Assembly (NCBI GenBank): GCA_039715165.1
Contig: JBDLHX010000003.1
Span: forward strand, 1 to 55,782
Length of the DNA stretch: 55,782 nucleotides
Direction of reading: 5' to 3'
Source of the DNA: Actinomycetota bacterium
GTDB lineage: Bacteria > Actinomycetota > Acidimicrobiia > Spongiisociales > UBA5794
Shown: in pieces, positions 50,763-55,782 of the stretch
How positions within the stretch are numbered: the first letter of the stretch is position 1
How the letters are laid out: every line of letters begins with the position of its first letter
The notes under the pieces: model-generated
Told to the model about the DNA's origin: nothing
The model's input: only the letters and a program-made list of their open reading frames with translations
The model's database searches: none
Made by a program: the position numbers and the translations under genes

Positions 50763-51212
50763 GTGAACACCGCCTACCGCGTCCTGTTCGCCCTCGGGGC
50801 GCTGCTGCTGCTCGGTTCGTGCTCGACCGACGATCCGGATGGGTTCAACGGGTTCGAGACGGTGACGATCACGATCGATGATCGTGATCTGGCCGTCGCA
50901 GTGGCGGAGACGGAGGCGCAGCGATCGCAGGGCCTCATGGGTGTCACCGACCTCGGCGGTTTGGACGGCATGCTGTTCATCTTCGGTGAGACGACGGAGA
51001 CCGGCTTCTGGATGAAGGACACGCTCATCCCGCTCGACATCGCCTTCTTCGACGATGGCGGCGGCTACGTCGATGGCTTCACCATGGAGCCTTGCGTTGA
51101 GGACCCGTGTCCGGTGTATCGCCCGTCCGGGTCGTATCGCTACACCCTCGAGGCCCCAGCGGGGGATCTCGAGTTCGTCGACGAGACGTCGATCCTCACG
51201 CCTCCCCGCTAA
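50763..51212 (+). CDS. DUF192 family lipoprotein
   Basis: Lipobox LLGSC; GLM, GMLF, FWMKDTLIPLDIAF. Confidence 0.9.
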   Translation: MNTAYRVLFALGALLLLGSCSTDDPDGFNGFETVTITIDDRDLAVAVAETEAQRSQGLMGVTDLGGLDGMLFIFGETTETGFWMKDTLIPLDIAFFDDGGGYVDGFTMEPCVEDPCPVYRPSGSYRYTLEAPAGDLEFVDETSILTPPR

Positions 51213-51432
51213 TCACCGTCGTTTGTGTCTCATGCCACACCCCGTGTGGTTCTAGACACGAACGTCCGAATGGGATCGGTCCCCGGCGGCTATCGGATGC
51301 CTCGCGGTACACTCCCGGCCGTACACCGCCGTCCGCCAAGCGGAGCGGCGACGAACGCGGCCCCAAGGGCTGCCAGATCCTGTCCCTTCGAGGGACCGTT
51401 CGCTCAGCGAACGTCCAGAGGAGTTGATATCG

Positions 51433-51726
51433 ATGCGCTCGTACGAGCTGATGATCATCCACCGGCCTGACATGGTCGAGACGGATGTCCGCAACCAGGT
51501 CGAACAGGTCTCCGCGACCATCGACACCAGCGGCAACGTCACCGGAAACGACTTCTGGGGGAAGCGCCGCTTCGCCTATGAGATCGACCACATGAACGAG
51601 GGCTTCTACTCCGTCCTCGACTTCGAGGGCGACACCGTTCTCGTCGAGGCGCTCGACCGGGCTCTGTCCCTGTCCGACGCCGTTGTCCGTCACAAGATCG
51701 TTCGGAGGACCGATCGCGAAGGTTGA
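51433..51726 (+). CDS. rpsF: 30S ribosomal protein S6
   Basis: MRSYELMII.RP, WGKRRFAYEI, EGFY. Confidence 0.96.
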   Translation: MRSYELMIIHRPDMVETDVRNQVEQVSATIDTSGNVTGNDFWGKRRFAYEIDHMNEGFYSVLDFEGDTVLVEALDRALSLSDAVVRHKIVRRTDREG

Positions 51727-51788
51727 TTCCTGTCACACGCTCCCCTCATGATGCGGGGAGTACGGGAAGCGAGAGAAGAGAGAGAACG

Positions 51789-52247
51789 ATGAGCAACGTG
51801 AACAGTGTGACCCTGATCGGCAACCTCGTTGAGGATCCGGAACTGCGATTTACCCCGAGCGGCGTCGCCATGACGAAGGTCCGCTTCGCCGTCAACAAGC
51901 GCTACCAGGCGCAGGGCGAGTGGAAAGAAGAGACGAGCTTCTTCGGCGGCACCTGCTGGCGCGACATGGGCGAGAACGTCGCCGAGTCCCTGCAGAAGGG
52001 CATGCGCGTCATCGTTGTCGGCGAACTGCAGCAGCGCTCCTGGGAGACCCAGGAAGGCGACAAGCGGTCGACGATCGACGTCGACATCAAGGAGATCGGT
52101 CCCTCGGTCCGCTGGGCCACCGCGACGGTCACGAAGACGCCTCGCGCAGACGGCGGCTGGTCGAGCCAGCAGCAGGGCCAGCAGCAGGGCCAGCCTGCCG
52201 CGCCCGTTGCTCGCACAGATTACGGGCCCGACGAGGCGCCCTTCTAA
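51789..52247 (+). CDS. ssb: Single-stranded DNA-binding protein
   Basis: [22 protein letters not shown]-terminal DEAPF. Confidence 0.97.
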   Translation: MSNVNSVTLIGNLVEDPELRFTPSGVAMTKVRFAVNKRYQAQGEWKEETSFFGGTCWRDMGENVAESLQKGMRVIVVGELQQRSWETQEGDKRSTIDVDIKEIGPSVRWATATVTKTPRADGGWSSQQQGQQQGQPAAPVARTDYGPDEAPF

Positions 52248-52258
52248 GGAGAACATCG

Positions 52259-52528
52259 ATGGCAAAGACACGAAACACGAGGCGCAAACGGCGCCGGCCG
52301 ATGGTCGACAACCGTCGCCGTAAGCGGATCGTTTACCGGTTCACGGAGGACGAGTTCGTCGACTACAAGGACGTTGCGCTGCTGCGCAAGTTCATGTCGG
52401 ACCGCGGCAAGATTCGGTCCCGTCGGGTCACCGGGCTCAACGAGAAGCGGCAACGTGAGGTCGCCACGGCGATCAAGAACGCCCGCGAGATGGCCCTGCT
52501 GCCCTACGTCGCGACAAGGCAGAAGTGA
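52259..52528 (+). CDS. rpsR: 30S ribosomal protein S18, Cys-free type
   Basis: [31 protein letters not shown]. Confidence 0.96.
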   Translation: MAKTRNTRRKRRRPMVDNRRRKRIVYRFTEDEFVDYKDVALLRKFMSDRGKIRSRRVTGLNEKRQREVATAIKNAREMALLPYVATRQK

Positions 52529-52974
52529 TGAAGGTCATCCTCACGCAGGACGTCGCAGACCTCGGCAACAAGGGTGACGTTGTCGACGTCGCCGACGGGT
52601 ACGGCCGGAACTACCTCGTGCCGCGCTCGCTCGCCGTCAAGGCGACGGACGGTGCGCTGCGCCAGGCCGAGTCGATGCGCGTTGCACGCGAGGAAGCGCT
52701 GCGCTCTGCCCGCCAGGAGGCCGAGGGCTACGCCCAGTCCCTCACCGGAACCCGGGTCGTCGTCGCTGCACGCGCCGGCGACGAAGGCAAACTCTTCGGT
52801 TCGATCGGCGATGGCGACATCGCTGCGGCGATCACGAAGTTCACCGGGATCGAAGTCGATCGCCGGATCGTCGTCATCGACGCTCCGATCAAGGAGATCG
52901 GTCTCCACGAAGTGATCCTCCGGCCTCATCACGAGGTCGAGTTTGCGGTTACGCTGGATGTGATCCCGGCGTAG
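52528..52974 (+). CDS. rplI: 50S ribosomal protein L9
   Basis: MKVIL..DV..LG..GD.V.V.DGYGRNYL, GKLFGSI. Confidence 0.97.
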   Translation: MKVILTQDVADLGNKGDVVDVADGYGRNYLVPRSLAVKATDGALRQAESMRVAREEALRSARQEAEGYAQSLTGTRVVVAARAGDEGKLFGSIGDGDIAAAITKFTGIEVDRRIVVIDAPIKEIGLHEVILRPHHEVEFAVTLDVIPA

Positions 52975-52994
52975 CTGGCGCCAGCATGGAATCA

Positions 52995-53022
52995 AACGGG
53001 CCCGTCTTCGGACGGGCCCGTT
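52995..53022 (+). terminator. Intrinsic terminator-like hairpin after rplI
   Basis: aacgggcccgtc TTCG gacgggcccgtt. Confidence 0.8.
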
Positions 53023-53026
53023 CTCA

Positions 53027-53143
53027 TACCCAGGGTTGCAGTCCCCGCATACGGCGCTACCAGCCCGCGGAATGAATGCCGCTGATCGTTCCTTTCGTTC
53101 TGTGGGCCCGTGGCCGCGCATACAGGGACTGCAACCCTGGGTA
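53027..53143. repeat. Nested palindrome, 117 bp
   Basis: Perfect 19-bp outer IR, duplicated CGCATAC, inner imperfect IR. Confidence 0.85.
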
Positions 53144-53323
53144 CGCGGGCACTGCGCGAAAACAAAGTCCGGTGCGCGAAGAACACTCGGTTCGAGTCGG
53201 GTCTGAGCCCGGACCCTCCCCGTAGACTCGCTCGAACTTCCCTCGTCGTGGCGGGTCTCAGCGCGTTTCCGTCACACCCGGGTGCGACGATGATGGGGCC
53301 AGGCGAGAACGAATGGAGGATCT

Positions 53324-54685
53324 GTGACGAGCGTCGCTGAACGCCCATCGGGGGCGCGCCAACTCCAGGTGCCGCCGCACAGCATCGAAGCCGAGGAGTC
53401 GGTGCTCGGCGCCGTTCTCCTATCCGCCGACGCGGCGAATATTGCCCTCGAGAAGCTCCATGCCGAAGACTTCTACCGCCCCGCTCATCAGCAGGTGTTC
53501 GAGGTCGTTCAGACCCTCTTCGACGCGAACGAGCCGATCGACGCCGTGACGGTGTCCGAAGGGTTGCGTCGCGACGGCACGCTCGAGCGGGTCGGGGGTG
53601 TGGGCTTCCTCACACGCCTCATCGACACCGTTCCGACGACCTCGAACGTCGACTACTACGCCGGCATTGTTGAAGAGCACGCGCTGCGACGCCGGCTCAT
53701 GCGCGTCGGCGGGGCGATCGGCGGGATCGCCACCGAGATGAAGGAGCCGATCAGCGACGTCCTTGACCGGGCTGAGCAAGAGGTCTTCCAGGTGGCCGAA
53801 CGCCGCGTCGGAGAGGGTCTTGCTCCGATCGACCCGCTCCTCGGGCCGGCGATCGAGAAGGCGGAGGAGCTCCAACGCCTGGGCTCGGAGGTCACGGGCC
53901 TGCCGACCGGCTTCCGGGACCTCGACCGCAAGCTCGCCGGGCTCCACCCAACGAATCTCATCATCATCGCCGCCCGGCCTGGGATGGGGAAGACGTCGCT
54001 CGCTCTCAACATCGCGCAGAACGTCGCGCAGGGCGGAGAGCCGGTGGCGATCTTCTCGCTCGAGATGAGCCGTGAGGAGATCGTCTCGCGCATGCTCTGC
54101 TCCGCGGGCCGGATCGACTCGCAGCGGCTCCGTACCGGGCGCCTCTCCGAAGCCGACTTCACCAAGCTCTCGAACGCGGCGAGCACCCTGTACAAGAAGC
54201 CGATCTACGTCGACGACTCGCCCGGACTCACCGTCACCGAGATCAGGGCGAAGTCCCGAAGGCTCCGTCGCCGTCCCGGGCTCGGCCTCGTCGTCGTCGA
54301 CTACTTGCAGCTCATGCACGGCACATCGGGTGAGAACCGGCAGCAGGAAATCGCCGTCATCTCACGGTCGTTGAAGAATCTCGCGAGGGAGCTCGAAGTG
54401 CCGATCATTGCCCTCTCGCAGCTCAACCGGTCCCTCGAGAGCAGAGAGGACAAGCGCCCCCGCCTCGGCGACCTTCGCGAATCGGGAGCGATTGAGCAAG
54501 ATAGTGACGTTGTCCTGTTCATCTACCGGGACGAGGCTTACAACCCGGACAAGGTGGAGTCGAAGGGCGTCGCCGAGTTGATGATCGCCAAGCACCGGCA
54601 GGGAGCCGTCGGAAGGATCCCGATGACGTTCCTTCCCGAGTTCACGCTCTTCTCGGACATGGGACGCGACGTCCCGGTGACATGA
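53324..54685 (+). CDS. dnaB: Replicative DNA helicase (no intein)
   Basis: PPHSIEAE, AARPGMGKT, VDYLQL, SQLNR, DLRESGAIEQD. Confidence 0.98.
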   Translation: MTSVAERPSGARQLQVPPHSIEAEESVLGAVLLSADAANIALEKLHAEDFYRPAHQQVFEVVQTLFDANEPIDAVTVSEGLRRDGTLERVGGVGFLTRLIDTVPTTSNVDYYAGIVEEHALRRRLMRVGGAIGGIATEMKEPISDVLDRAEQEVFQVAERRVGEGLAPIDPLLGPAIEKAEELQRLGSEVTGLPTGFRDLDRKLAGLHPTNLIIIAARPGMGKTSLALNIAQNVAQGGEPVAIFSLEMSREEIVSRMLCSAGRIDSQRLRTGRLSEADFTKLSNAASTLYKKPIYVDDSPGLTVTEIRAKSRRLRRRPGLGLVVVDYLQLMHGTSGENRQQEIAVISRSLKNLARELEVPIIALSQLNRSLESREDKRPRLGDLRESGAIEQDSDVVLFIYRDEAYNPDKVESKGVAELMIAKHRQGAVGRIPMTFLPEFTLFSDMGRDVPVT

Positions 54686-55032
54686 CCGGCATCGAGTACG
54701 TCATCGACGAAGCGTGGCACCCGGCCGACCGCAAGGCGCTCGTGCTTACAGCCGGTGAACGTGTCACCGTCGGTCACCGCGACGCTGAGTGGACCTCGTA
54801 CGAATGGTGCGTATCCGAAGACGGAACAGGGGGATGGGTACCGCACGACTACCTCCACGTCGAGGAGGACGGTTCGGCGACGATCGTCGTCGCCTACTCA
54901 GCGGCGGAGCTCCGTGTCGAGCCGGGCGATGTCGTGATGGGGTTCCAGTCGACCGGCGGCTGGACGTGGTGCGCGACCGCCGACGGCTCCGAAGGATGGG
55001 TCCCAAACCGCGTCCTCTGCTGCCGCGATTAG
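54682..55032 (+). CDS. Tandem SH3-like domain protein
   Basis: Two repeats ending W.WC...DG..GWVP; ATGA overlap with dnaB. Confidence 0.8.
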   Translation: MTGIEYVIDEAWHPADRKALVLTAGERVTVGHRDAEWTSYEWCVSEDGTGGWVPHDYLHVEEDGSATIVVAYSAAELRVEPGDVVMGFQSTGGWTWCATADGSEGWVPNRVLCCRD

Positions 55033-55112
55033 GAAACTGTTGAGCAACGGCGGCGCAGCACCGCAGCGGGTGTCACGATTCGGGTGAACACGCAGGATCT
55101 CCGAACGCACTG

Positions 55113-55422
55113 TCTTCCTCCCCCTGAAGCCTCAATCCACGGTTTCTTCGCTGCGTGACGGCGCTTTGGTTTCTCCCCCAGGTACTGGGGGAGATGCCCG
55201 GCAGGGCAGAGAGGGCAGCCAAACCCGCACGGACGCCCGCGCGGTTGCCCCCTCCGACCCTCGCTCCGCTCGGGCCACTTCCCCCACCTGCGGTGGGAGA
55301 GGAAGGAGTACGCATTCACCGAATTCGTGAACTCACAGGTTCCCGACAAACCGGTGCCATACCTCACGAATCAGACGCGTCACCGACGAGAAACCGCGGA
55401 TCCAGACTGAAGGGGAGGGAGA
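55113..55422 (+). repeat. Composite MITE/REPIN-like element, copy C
   Basis: Same 22-nt left end gaagcctcaatccacggtttct as copy A, two inverted REPs, ttcaccgaattcgtgaa, right end aaaccgcggatccag. Confidence 0.8.
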
Positions 55423-55468
55423 TGAGGGCTTGGCGAACGGGGGCTCGCCGTCCCTCTTACTCGTCGCC

Positions 55469-55496
55469 AGAAACCGTGGATTGAGGTTTCGTGGGA
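55469..55496 (-). repeat. Extra solo terminal repeat of the same family
   Basis: Reverse complement tcccacgaaacctcaatccacggtttct matches 26521-26548 at 26/28. Confidence 0.75.
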
Positions 55497-55536
55497 GCTG
55501 AACCGACGGTGAGGATCGTTGCGGCTCCAGCTCCAA

Positions 55537-55782
55537 TCAGGTGATGCAGACGCCCTCGGCGCCGTGACGCGGATCGCGCACGAGGAAGGCCGCAATGACG
55601 GCTCCTGTCATGGCAACGGCGTCGACAGCGAGCATCACCGAGAGCGGCATCCACGTGGCGGCGATGCCGATCGCCAGCGGCAGCAGAGCGAGAGGAGCGA
55701 TCAGCGTCCCGAGCAGCGCCACACAGGTCGCCCTCAGGTGATCGGGCGCCATCTCGAGGATGATGTTCGCGTAGCCGAGGCG
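55537..55782 (-). CDS. C-terminus of a membrane protein, probably an MFS transporter (partial)
   Basis: ..ILEMAPDHLRAT.. followed by two TM helices and VRDPR; 5' end outside the window. Confidence 0.6.
   Translation of the reverse strand, partial: RLGYANIILEMAPDHLRATCVALLGTLIAPLALLPLAIGIAATWMPLSVMLAVDAVAMTGAVIAAFLVRDPRHGAEGVCIT

Noticed and set aside
53117-53124. Core CGCATACA resembles the loxP spacer GCATACAT
   Set aside because: The arms are unrelated to loxP and a 7-nt match is expected by chance, so this is not evidence of engineering.
53324-54685. Intein in DnaB
   Set aside because: Normal length (453 aa) and both common insertion sites are uninterrupted.

Overview
GC-rich actinobacterial chromosome segment spanning the replication origin. 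Gene order and protein styles suggest Acidimicrobiia (inference). Left arm: DUF3566 (partial), gyrA with a 315-aa intein, gyrB, dciA, recF, dnaN, oriC (tandem DnaA boxes plus DnaA-trios) and dnaA. Right arm: rpmH-rnpA-yidD-yidC-jag-rsmG (parS at its start)-parA-parB; a cwlM-like/trxA/trxB/anti-sigma/sigM/pseudokinase block; a GNAT/HDAC pair; a degenerate PilT; a Zn-ribbon RNase HI and a CCA-type nucleotidyltransferase; a Trx-VKOR fusion bracketed by inverted ~350-bp repeats; argCJBRGH; vapBC; assorted metabolic genes; ABC-F with a uORF; padR-ino1; UvrD-HRDC; panB; rpsF-ssb-rpsR-rplI; dnaB. No rRNA, tRNA, CRISPR array or transposase was seen. Best leads: (i) two matching sigma28/WhiG-type promoters, one before a catalytically degenerate PilT and one before a candidate anti-Shine-Dalgarno sRNA; (ii) four PafBC-type promoter motifs, one before an unannotated 49-aa Cys microprotein upstream of vapBC; (iii) a MITE/REPIN-like repeat family; (iv) a nested palindrome with a duplicated 7-bp core before dnaB; (v) an atypical GyrA QRDR (HPHSPE) and a half-decayed intein endonuclease. 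All calls are by eye; no searches were run.
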